Source: Klebsormidium nitens (lineage: Eukaryota > Plantae > Klebsormidiophyceae). From it: 64,000 nt of DNA. Both the position numbers and the translations under genes were made by a program. Of the stretch, positions 1 through 11,066 are shown in pieces (within the stretch, counting starts at the first letter, position 1; every line of letters starts with the position of its first letter). Where the stretch lies: assembly GCA_000708835.1 (NCBI GenBank), contig DF237014.1, forward strand, positions 185,148-249,147. Direction: 5' to 3'. A model generated the notes under the pieces. That model had not been told where the DNA came from. It did no database searches and saw only the letters and a program-made list of their open reading frames with translations.

Positions 1-1870
1 GCTTACCCTGCCGCCGCAGCCGCTCTTGGAACACGTCACCGGAGGCGGCCTCCCTCTCCTTCCGTTGTCCCCATCCATGTGCGCGCCCGCTGTGAAGGCC
101 CCCACACCAGACCTAAGCCTGCACCTGCTTTGGAAAAGAAATTCATGTTTCAGGCCACACTTTAGCTAACACAATGCTGGTTACCTGGTCATTGCGTAGA
201 GTCCGCAAAGCACAACCGCAGTATGTGCCAATCTGCTCTATGGCAGCAAAGTGGCTGGCACTTTGGGGTGTCCCATCACGTGTGCTTCCATACTCAAAGG
301 ACCCTGTTTCACTGTGCCAAACAGCTCAACTTGAATCCTCTGATTGCTTAACCACTTCCTTAACCTCAGCCATGTGAGGCTAACACTTAGATGCAAAGAT
401 AGGACATGCGACTTTGCTTTCCCAGCAGCCAGCACCGACTTTCTTAAGAAGGACAACGCAATCGCACTGCCACCTCACCTTGTCTTCCCCGAGCTTCAAT
501 GTCATGTTGCTTGCTAAGGAGCGGTTCGTCTGTGGGCCAGCAAGAGACAGCCACATTGCGTGATCCCAATGCCATAATGGAATGGGCCCATGTCCCTTTC
601 TGCCCCCCAATTCCTGACCACCCTTTGCGGTACAAGAAGCCCAAAGTAGTCACTGCCGCCTGGGTTGCCCCCACCTTTTACCAAACGATACAAAAGACAG
701 ACTTTAGAAGTCTGCAGTGCACAACTAGTTTCAAGGAAACACCTCTGAAAGGTCTGATTGCACGAGAGCCCCACACTCATGATGGAGCTTGACAATGACC
801 CAATCTAACCAGCGCTTTACGAGAATGTGCCAATGGCGTAAGTCGCACCTGCACGTCAATGTTCTGTCCCCTCTCCCATCGTGACGTCAAGGGCCTTCAG
901 CAGCAAGCCGTCTGAATGTATTACAATGGCAGATCACCAATGGCTGCGTAGCTTTCAGCAATTTTGGAAGAATTTGTTGAGCTACCTGTCTGTCCACTAG
1001 AGGGGAAGAGACTCTGAAGCATCTTCTGAGGAATAGTAAGCAGAGGCAGAGCTACCATAAGGCAACGGCAGTTCTCGGTACCGTGAAAGTATCTATGTGT
1101 AAGCACCATCTGTCCCTCTGCGAGAGGCTGCATCAGTTCTTCGGTTTCATAAAATTACACTTTATGTGAACAGAGGATGGTGGCATGGAAATGTCCATAA
1201 GCGTCAGATATCCTTGCTTTGGAACTTGAGAATTCCCCATCACGAAGGAAGCATGCAAACGCTCGTTTTGCTATTGCTTGTTGCAGACAGAATGAAATAT
1301 ACCTTGCACTTTTCCCCTGATCCTTGTATCCACGGCTGCAGAATAGCTGCGTCCTTCCCGCAGCAGGCAGCCAGCTCATCACAGACTTCCACCAATTGAT
1401 AATTCACCCCAAGAACGAAGAATGACTGTGGCATGAAGCCGTCTGGGAAGAAGTAGTGGCCTACACCTGCTTGAATGCATCATGTGGATGGCACCCCGTC
1501 AGCGTGAGGCGTTGACCTGTGAGCACCGCCGCCGGGAAGCCTGCTGCAGCCAGCAGCCTGCATTGCCATGTCTTAAATGCAACGCCATATCAACGTGGGA
1601 CGTGTCTACATCCTGCCTACGCCACTTCCTACGTAGCGCGCCCCCATCTTTACCAGATGTGACGTGAGGGGCCGCGGCCGTCTGGATATACCTACGTATA
1701 AGGATACCATAAATCTCAAGAGTCAAGAGAGACAATATTGTGAATAAGCCGAGATAACATTAAGGTCCAACTAACTTGAAACCCTAACCCAAAAGGATAG
1801 GTACCTGCTCCGCACTCACACCCAGCCTAACCACCCAAACTAACCCCACCCGTCCCAGTGCGGTTACCTT
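1..1870 (-). mobile_element. Degenerate Ty3/gypsy LTR-retrotransposon relic (gag / protease-region fragments)
   Basis: The minus-strand frames are broken. 1499-1735 gives 'VDMALHLRHGNAGCWLQ' (gag-like 'A..L.G.A..WW'). About 400-620 gives 'LGSRNVAVSC..LLSKQHDI(E/L)GED' (protease-like 'DIILG.DW'). About 20-45 gives 'DVFQERL' (the 'DVF.E.LP' linker before RT). A GGGTGGGGTT-rich leader lies at 1780-1870. Confidence 0.5.
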
Positions 1871-1933
1871 TTAAAACTATCTCGAGACTCGGATGTTTTT
1901 CCTGAGTTCAATCATATATGCCGCCGGCGGCCG

Positions 1934-1967
1934 TATGCGTTATGCATTATGCGTTATGCATTATACG
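1934..1967. repeat. Short tandem repeat (TATGCGT/TATGCAT)n
   Basis: tatgcgt tatgcat tatgcgt tatgcat tatacg, read directly from the sequence. Confidence 0.8.
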
Positions 1968-2851
1968 AGAAGGGCGGAGGAGCATTTAATGCGCGGATTG
2001 AAGGAACCGATGGTGCATTATGCACTTAGCCGGGCCGTCTGTCGATGTTCGAATATTAAGGTACCTCACTAGGGCTTCAATGCTGTGCAGCATGTGCTGA
2101 CTCCTCAGAGCAGTCGCACAAGATAAGTGCTGCCAGGGATGATGGTGCTACATGTATGACAAGCTTCTAGACGTTCATGGTTTCCTGCCTGCTTGCATAT
2201 TTCTCTATCGCTGTAATGACCCAATTATACATTAGTAGTAGTACTCTGCCACTAAAGAGAGCATGCAACGGAATGTCACAATGTCACTTTGGTGCAAGTC
2301 TAAGAATAGTTCAAGGCCTCAAGCTTGATGATCTAGACGGTAGAGTGCATCGGATTTCAGAATAGGTATACCCATATTGCCTAGATTGAACATGCACTGA
2401 CGACCCCAACCCCATGCGCACTCAAAGTAATCCCAATAATGGTCCGCAAGAAACATTAAAACGATATGGATATGCATGTTCAGTCGTATCATTATAGGAT
2501 AGACATTGAAAGTTCAAAAGTTGCTAATGATTGAGGAATCCTTGCCGATGCATGTAACACAAGACCAAGAATGCAATCTAATTCAGTAACGACTGGTGGT
2601 GGCCATGTACAATGCTCTTTGCATGTTGCCTTCCCACCTGAAGACTACTTCAAGAATCTTATGGTACATGAACGGGCCACCAAGAATTCAAGTTGTCCAA
2701 TTAACCCTTCTGTTTCTATCCTGGACTTATCGTCTTCGACTCTGTTGCACCTGCTCTCTGTTGCACCTGCTCTAAAAATCCAAGTAGTAAAAAGCATTGT
2801 CAATCTGTACACATGTCAGCAAGCCAAAAGCAACTAACCACTTCTACGGGA

Positions 2852-5127
2852 CTATTGCATGCTTTGCTTGTAGGCTGTCGTGTCAAGAACCTGCAAAGCA
2901 TATGTAAAGTATTGTCTGCCAAGACCTGCAAATCGTGAATTCCACTACGGGCCAGCATGACGTTTGAATGTCCAGCTTAGGCAAAGCCTTCCGTTTTCTC
3001 TCATTGGACGTATCAACTCTGCACCCGTTTCACTTTGCTCTAAGGACTCAGGTATTGAAAAGCAGTGTCAATCTAGATTCGTAAGCATGCAAGCCAGGAG
3101 CAACTAAACCACTATTGCAGGACAACCGCATACTGCAGCTTGTCTGTTCATGCGAATGTGTTTACGTGCGGGTTTTTGACGTGACGGGAAACAAGCAAAC
3201 ATACTTTGCACACAAATACAAGCAATCAGCCTTGGCATAAGCATACAAGCAAACCCGGATTTGAAAAGACTTGGATTGCAATATACCTGCCGTCCACACA
3301 TTGCGCATATACCTGCAATAAGGGATGGACTAGGGTCATCCCAGCCATTTCAAGTAGGAGCACAAGATCTACGAAATAATACTGACGACCCTTCTCCCCA
3401 CTGATGGCCAATGAAACCCACAGTCACAAGGATTTGTCAAGCTGGTCGTTATAAAGTGGTCAAGTCTGCGGTTGACTATAAGTTTAGTAAATCCAAAGAG
3501 GAACTGATTGGTCCAACATGGTTTCGAACGGTTGCATGGCATAAACAAGAGGACCAGTTCCAGAGAACACACAAAGATTACGCTGACACTGACACAGCAA
3601 GAGCAATGATTGGAACGGCCGGAACCCCAAACGCAAAAGACTTGTTAGAACCGCGCCTATCGTTCGTTTGTAGTCAGAAACTCAATTTTGGGCCACTGAA
3701 GCAAGGTTTTGCAGCGTCCTGCTAGGAAACTGGAAACCAATATTTCAGATTGCAGATGCAGGAACCAGATGCAAGAACCAGATGCAAGAACCAGGAACCA
3801 GAACCAGATGCAGGAAAGATCGCACTTCAAAACAAAAGTCGAAATTTTAGTCCTAGTAAGCGAAGACGAGTGCCACAGGGGTGGTATGGTACAGCAACTC
3901 TGAGATTGACAACAGGGAAGAAAAGCCTGACCTTTCCCATATGCATAGGCGTGCCAATGGGTCTCCTCTGGATGCGTCATAATGACAACATGGAAGAACA
4001 GCCCATGAAGGAAGTGCCTTACCCTTTTTATAAGCACAAGCATGACAATATTTCCCCTCTTGGTGCAACGTACTTTTGCACACGGTGCATTTTGCTGATG
4101 TCCCGTAAGGTTGAAATCTGCAGGACCAAGAGCAACGAGACTCAGAGATGCGCCCCCCTTCTCACTACTCAGGATGCAAAAAGACGACCTCGAGCACCTT
4201 TTCCTGACCTCTGAAGATCTTCAAGTAGGTGCGGAGGCAAACCGTTTTTGCAAGTTGCCAGCCTGCTATCTTCTGACTTCATCTACAATCATCCTGCTAA
4301 GAGGAGCGTGCGAAGCTCGCTACATGTAAATCAAAGGTGATGAAAATCCTTCCAAGAGAAGAAACTTACCTATTCTTCCTTGACAGAAGCTTATTTTCTC
4401 CAATTTTTCGGCCCCCTCCCTCAGTAGTGTTGTTCGCACCTTCCTTCCACTTGTCTGCAAGCAGCAAGAACGAGTGACCGCGATCATATTTGCAATTTAC
4501 TGTAGCCATGATTGACAACAACCAACCACAACTTCAAATGTCAGATGCAGGCGTGTACAGACAAACGCAGTGCACAGAGCAAAGCAAGAGGATCAGATTA
4601 TCCACCTCCAACATGTCATGCCTTGACGGAAGCTACTGAAGTAGAGTTGTGACGACCCACCTGGCACCACCACCTTTGATAGTTTCTTCTCGCCTGCATG
4701 AGAAGAAGTTCGTCAACCTACAGTACCGTTGGCTACAGCCTCCTTACCATCGCCAGTAACATCCTAGCAGGCCAAACACCTCAGAACGCAAAGGCATGTG
4801 GCCTACTCGGACCCAACTCATTACGTAGTCTAAGAACTTTCGGAGTGCTTTGGCAAGCTGGAACCCTAACTCTACCACTGAAGGGGCTCGGAAAAAATAC
4901 ATATGGAGGGCTCTTGTACAGAGCTTGCAACCCCATCGCAAAAACTGCGTAGAGGAGAAATTCCTGCTTTGCCGATGTGGGAGATGATCAAAGCCAACTG
5001 CGCTTTGCATCTGCACACTCTCTTAAGTGCCATAAAATTAACACCCAGAATCAAGGAGGTAAACCAAAACCCAACATAGAACCTCTTGAAATGTTGGAGT
5101 ATACGACTCACACTTTGCACAGACCAT
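2852..5127 (-). CDS. CRIPT: Cysteine-rich PDZ-binding protein (CRIPT) homolog, 6 small exons, 97 aa
   Basis: Manually spliced exons 5127-5112, 4693-4661, 4454-4370, 4117-4023, 3312-3287 and 2890-2852 are all GT-AG with consistent phases. Product: MVCAKCEKKLSKVVVPDKWKEGANNTTEGGGRKIGENKLLSRKNRFQPYGTSAKCTVCKSTLHQEGKYCHACAYKKGICAMCGRQVLDTTAYKQSMQ*, which matches the CRIPT CxxC pattern end to end. Confidence 0.93.
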
Positions 5128-6293
5128 GTCTGGCAAACTCGTTCCTGCTGCTTAACGATTGCTGCTGTCTGCTGTGCAAGGAGGGCACTTCTTCACCTCC
5201 AACGTTGTCCACTTTGTAGACGACTTCGCATGCAGCGCGCCTAAGACTAGTCCTAGCTAGCTTGGGCGCCGCCGCTAGCGCTATGTTGGGCAGTGCGCTT
5301 CGCGTGCTGTACCATGTTCATGAGAAAAGCACTTTGTTGGACGGCTCAAAGAGCTCGAGATTGGCGTTCGCTTTCGCCCGCTACGGTCAAGATGGTGTTG
5401 AAAGTTCCAAGTAACTAGGGAACGTGAAAAAATCGTGAAACCTGGGTCATGCAGCGGTCCGCGTGCAAGAATTCCGATAGAGGTCGCATCGATACCGCGA
5501 TTGGCCGTAGCCGGTGCTGACCTTCAACCTGTCATGGTAGAAAATGATGGCGACTTCTGCACTCTGCACTTGACTATCTAGCACCGGTGAAGCGAAACGG
5601 TGGACACCGAGTCGCAAAGCCGGGCGCTGACACAATGAAGCTCGGATGTACCCAAAAGACGATAGTAGGTATGTACCGTTACAGCGCGGATCCCAGGTTT
5701 TTCCAGAAGCTGTTCCACCACGGTACCAACTACTTTTGGTACATCAAACGAATGTACACTTCAAGCCAATCATTAGCTCTCCAAAGTCGGACCATTTCCA
5801 ATCCATAATTTGTCCTCGACCGGTGCAAAAGTACCGCTGTGAACAGACCCCCTAATTGGAAAAATGGTGGGTACTTTCAAATATGCCTTTATATTCACGC
5901 GCAGCATTTCGCGACTTACGGTTTAAGTTTCCCCCCTTGTACACCCGTAAATCCATCTGGTGTATGTGTACCCAAACTTCCAACTCTAAACCGCAGAGAA
6001 AATCGTCAAGAACAAACGAATCAACGATCTCAAGTAGCTAGAGGCTGACGTCATCATGATCCGACGACCCAAATCCAAAACTGAGGATTAATCTCAGATT
6101 TTACAGCCCGAAGGGTGTCTCTGTATATTTTTTCTAAAGACTTGAAACCGCGAAGTCTGATAAGTAGGTAGATCCGATGGTTCAGCAGAACAGCCCAATG
6201 CCATTGCAATGGCGACATGAGCGCTTATCCAGATCAAGCTTAGGCGAGGAAATTTGAGCAGCTAGGTACATTAGATTTGAGCGTCCTCGTCTA

Positions 6294-9200
6294 ATGGCGC
6301 CCCCCTTGGGTGCCTCTTCCTTTTGGCGTGCTCTGATCCCCAGCCAGAAGCTGATGGCGGGGATCGTGATCGGGTGGGTCACGATGTTCCTGGTGGGCGC
6401 CCACCTCAGCGATGGGCTGACGTCAGGACGCGAGCAGCTGGGCCGCACGAGGACGTTTGAGGAGGCCACCACCAGGGGCCTAGGGCAGCTGCAGAAAGAA
6501 GGGGGAGGGGGCCAGCAGGGCCGCAAACTGAGGAGCGGGGAGACGGGCGGAGCGGGGGCGCAGGTGGAGGACCCGTGGGCCCCGGAACGGCGCGAGACGG
6601 AACGGCTGCTGTGGAATGCCACCATCCTGGTGGGCATGGCGGCCTTCAGGGACCCCGAGTGCCAGGTATGCGCCTGCCCCGGCCCCACCCCCAGTAAGGA
6701 GCTTGAGCAAAAACAGGGGGTGAAGTTGCACATGAGCTCCACTACTCTTCAAAACGCAAGCTCGTATGGGGCATTGTGCCCCAATTGAACGTGATCAATC
6801 TTAGAAAAACCCATCGCATCTGGATTGCCCGAGCCTGGCTGAGGGCTTGGCTGTGGTTTGCAGGACTCTGTGTGGTTGGCCCTGGCCAATGCTGCCAACA
6901 TCGACCGGGTCTCTATCGCAGTCTACCAGCAGAATGCGCCAGACGACCCCGACTGCTTGCAGTGGGCCAAGCTCATGTGTCCCCCCCAGGTAGGTCGCCA
7001 GCGGCTGAGTGCACTCCCTCTGGCCAGCTGGCTGCCTTGCCGCTGGTGAACGCGCCTGACGGAGCAGGGGGACGCCGGGGAGGGTGCGTCAAAAAAGTAC
7101 AGGACAACTGTGAGCTTTATGCAGCTTGTGGCCCATTTCGTGAGCCCTCGAAGAAACTCAGAGATTTATAATGGCCTCACAAGATCCACTGTGTGCATTG
7201 CCCGCTCGCCAACTTCTCACTTGACCTCGTCAACTCTGGCATTGAGGGGGTCGTGATGTGACCATCAAATGTCAAGCTGACTCTCAAGTCGGACAACAGG
7301 ATGGTGCTCTGGCGCTGCTGCTTTTCTTGCATCTAGTTACTGCTGTCTTCCCGCCCCGCAGGATGCTGTTGCCATTGGCAAAACCCCCGAGGAGGAGCGC
7401 CGGCGGCGGCCCAGCTTTGCGGCGGGCCCTGCAGACCTGACGCGCGTGTGCGCTGCGCTGCCGCGGGTGCGCGTGCAGCGAGTGGACGCGTTCAAGGACG
7501 GCCAGGGGCCCACCGTGGGGCGCTACCACATGCAGCAGATGCTCCAGGACGAGGACTTCTTCTTCCAGGTGACACCCCGTTTTAACCCCCTCCCCGGATA
7601 AGACTATCTGGGGCCCCTCCTCAGATGCTTTCTTTGAACCGACTCTGACGAAGGGTACAGATCTCCCTACCCTGCGGTGCAAAACCCGCTTTCCAAGCCC
7701 CCGTCCATCCCGCTCGTGGCGAGTCGTCAAGATTGACTGGTGTTCAGACTACCAAGACACGCGTTGCCTTATGCGAACAGCCATGAAACCCCCTTCCGGC
7801 TCGGAGGAATCGGCATCCGGTCGAGTCTGATGCTGCCGCGGCGTGGGTGTTCTGCAGGTGGACAGTCACAGCCACTTCATCTACGGCTGGGACGTGGAGA
7901 TCATGCGCAACTGGCGCCTCACAGGCAACCCGAACGCTGTCATCACTACTTACCCCGTGCCGCACGACCGCATCCCTGGCTGGCTCAAGCACCCCCCGGT
8001 AAGACTATCGATGAGGGGACCGATGCCACGGGCTGAATCAGCCGATGAGTGTGAATCGAGGTGACAAATACGGTACGCTGGTCATATGCAGTTAAAGTAT
8101 TGATTGTATGTAAGTGTTGTAGTCAAAGGCAATGAAAGTATTGCTTGCTTATTAGTCAAATCCTAATAGAGGTCCGAAAAGTTGTGGCCGTTTTTTGTTC
8201 CGGGCTGGTCGTCTGTGCATGTCTTTTGGTTTGACGTCTTGCGTCGGTGCAGATCCCGCGGCCCCCGTCCAGCCTGCCGTACCCCCGGGTGGTGGTGGAC
8301 TCTGTGACCGGGTTTGAGTACCTGCGGGTGAAGCGCGAGCTGCCCAGCGTGCCCGGCTTCGAGCTGGAGTACCTGCCCAGCATGGTGCCCATCATCTGCC
8401 ACGTGTCCTTCACCAACATGGCAGGGAACATGCCGCGGTGAGCTGCCACCCCAGCCCGGGACTATCCCCCCCTATGTCGTCTCGACCTGGAGACCTCCCA
8501 CTGGGCGTTTGTTCCAGTGCTTCTTAACATCTGTTGACTGAGCACTTATATTTGCGGTCTTACTAGTGTTCAAGCAATGTTGGGGTCTCCATCCGAGTTG
8601 GCAGCAAGCTCGACTTCAGTGGCCGTGCAAGGCTTGAACTCGGGGACAGCCTTCTTGGCGCCTAAGATACACATAAATCAACCGATCGAGTAGCCAACAT
8701 GGGGGGATATGATCGTGCACCCGCCAACCAGCCTTATTTCTTGTTCTGCGCGATTCCAGTCCGCCCTGCATGTGACGCCAGATTTCCTGTTTAGGGAAGC
8801 TAGTTGGCGGTCAGGGGCATGAGAACCGGGCCAGACCTATATGGCACATACGTTACAAGGAGTTCGAGACATGTCGACAGTCCGATGTTTACGCCTCTGG
8901 GCCCGGCGGTGCAGGATGGAGGCTGCGGGGTACTTGCGCATCCAGCAGGGGCAGCCCATCCGCACGCCCTTCTGGGCGGCGGGCCTGGCCTTCTCCACCG
9001 CGGCCGCGGTGCGCGAGGTGCCGTACGACCGCTACACGCCGTACCTCTTCGACGGGGAGGAGATCTCGACGGCGGCGCGGCTGTGGACGCACGGCTACGA
9101 CTTCTACGCGCCCATCACGGACACCGTCTTCCACGTCTACGAGTCCGCGTACAAGCGCAACAAGTACTGGGAGATTGACTGGCAGGAGCGCTCCGCCATC

Positions 9201-10316
9201 CAGATGCGCAGGTCAGCCGCCGGGGCGCGTTTGAGAGAATTGCTAGGATAGGGCTGTCGTCTTTATGCGAGAGGCCCTGTCAAGGAGGAGCGGCTGGATC
9301 ACCGCCCCCCGGGGCAGTGGCTTCGAACGGTTTTCTGCTGGAGTGAGCCCGACTCGCAGCGCCTCCATGCTCAGGACGGTCAAAGCCCGGTCCCGATTTC
9401 CTTCGGAATAACGACTGTCGAGTTGTGGCAGTCCAAGCGCGTGCTTCCGACGCCCTTCACGATGAGCAGTTGCGGACTGCAACATTCGGCCAGTCTGCAA
9501 TTTTCGTGTTCATCGACTACAATGATCGTCCCACGCTTCCTTGCGCTCCTCCTGTTCCCTCCGCTGATGCTCGTGGTGGTGCTCCTTGTGGCAGCTCGCG
9601 GCGCGTGGCCCACATTCTGGGCTTCAACGTCAGCAACGACTTTGACGACACCGAGCTGGACAGATACAGCCTGGGGACCAACCGCTCCATCCAGGTAAAC
9701 CGATGCGCCTCCGCCTGCCACGTGGCAGCTGTCCTGTGGGTAGCTCCAGTGCCTTCCGGATCCTGGCAGATCCAACAGGTTAATGCTTGCTTGACAAGTG
9801 TCTACTCTCATCATATGCGTGACCTCAAGCGTCCAATCGCCACCTCGTGAGCCGTGCCTTTCGTTGATGTTCGCGGCCATCTCGGCGTCCAGAGTGAGCC
9901 GACAGCTGCTCCTGCTCCAAACGCTTTGAAGCCGTCGTGGCTGTCCCTCACCCAGCGGTCCGCTCGTGCTTGTGCGCGTGCAGGATTACTGGCGGTTCGC
10001 GAGCATCAACATGACGGCGCTCACAAGCGAGAACCTGTGCCTGGAGCTGGAGAGAGGCCTCTTCCCGGAGGAGCAGCAGCGGCCGCGCGGCTACCAGGAC
10101 TACCAGAGCATCCCGTCGCACCCACGGCCGCCGCCAGCGGAGGAGCCCGGGGTGACGCGCCGCAGGCTGCAGCAAGAGGAGGGGCAACGGAGAAGCGGCA
10201 GCAGACACGAGCACGAGGGAGGCGGGAGTGGAGCGGAGATAAAAGGCGAAGCGAACCTGTTTGGGAAGTCGCCTCCGGTGTTGAGGCGACACGTGCTCTC
10301 AGCAGAGGCAGCTTAA
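6294..10316 (+). CDS. GT60 / Gnt1-like polypeptide alpha-GlcNAc transferase (Pfam GlcNAc-type), type II membrane, 8 exons
   Basis: Exons ~6294-6665, 6864-6989, 7362-7568, 7858-7998, 8253-8437, 8915-9210, 9595-9753 and 9984-10316. Motifs: 'ILVGMAAFRDPEC', 'RVSIAVYQQN', 'QGPTVGRY', 'FQVDSHSHF..GWD', 'PFWAAGLAFS', 'VPYD...YLFDGEE...AARLWTHGYDFYAP'. An N-terminal hydrophobic anchor reads 'LMAGIVIGWVTMFLVGAHL'. Confidence 0.88.
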
Positions 10317-10785
10317 ATAGGGTTCTGTGTTGAGAAGTCCGTAGTATAGCGGCATAGAAAGGTTCAACCAACTCGATGTGTTGATTGCACATTACCCGCT
10401 GAAGACGGAGGATTGGTATTCTATGAAGTCCTTCCCGCGACCGCCGCATATGAAAATATGAAGTGTCCTCGAACTCGTATTTTGGGAAGGAAGCTTGTAC
10501 GGGCAATTGCACCATTGCCAACAGGCAATTGCAAACTCTCAAAACCTGTGCTCAGTCGTACAACAGCTCGCAATTCTGACCGTGCAGCCCTGTTGAAATC
10601 AGGGCCAGGCATCAAAGTGGGCGGATCTGGAAGGAAACGCATGAAATCTGATTCAAAACCTCATGGCACGGTAGCATTGATGGTGCAAGCAAAGCAACAG
10701 AGGTTCTTCGTCGTGACATGTTGCGCAGGGCCTGCAAGGTTGTTCTGGTTGATGTCCGTTCCTGTTATTGCGTGAGATTTGTTGC

Positions 10786-11066
10786 TTTCGGGGTAAACCA
10801 CCCGAAACGCACCTGTAGACCTGAACAACGGGGCGCTTGGCGGTTGTCACATGATTAGAGTGATTTGCCTGAAAGCGCCTAGTTTCCAGCGAGGGTCCTG
10901 GCGGTTCCCTTGTGCCTCTTATCAATATCTGGTTGTTGCTTAACGAATGTGAGTTTCGGGGTAACCCGAAACGCACCTGTCTGGACAACGGGGCGCTTGG
11001 CGGCCTCTTATGTAGTTGGAGTGATTTCCCCGGAAGCGCCTAGTTTTCAGCGAGGATTTGGGCGCT
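10786..11066. repeat. Two diverged direct copies of a ~115-bp element (period ~168 bp) with internal inverted repeats
   Basis: Copy A begins tttcggggtaaaccacccgaaacgcacctgt (10786) and copy B begins tttcggggtaacccgaaacgcacctgt (10954). Both continue acaacggggcgcttggcgg...gagtgattt...aagcgcctagttt.cagcgagg. Confidence 0.8.

Noticed and set aside
5447-6048. Short ORFs between CRIPT and the GT60 gene
   Set aside because: No recognisable motif or splice structure; treated as divergent promoter or intergenic DNA.
10786-11066. Hammerhead ribozyme or tRNA reading of the duplicated hairpins
   Set aside because: GAAAC is present, but there is no CUGAUGA core and no tRNA cloverleaf or A/B boxes. Kept only as an unassigned structured repeat.
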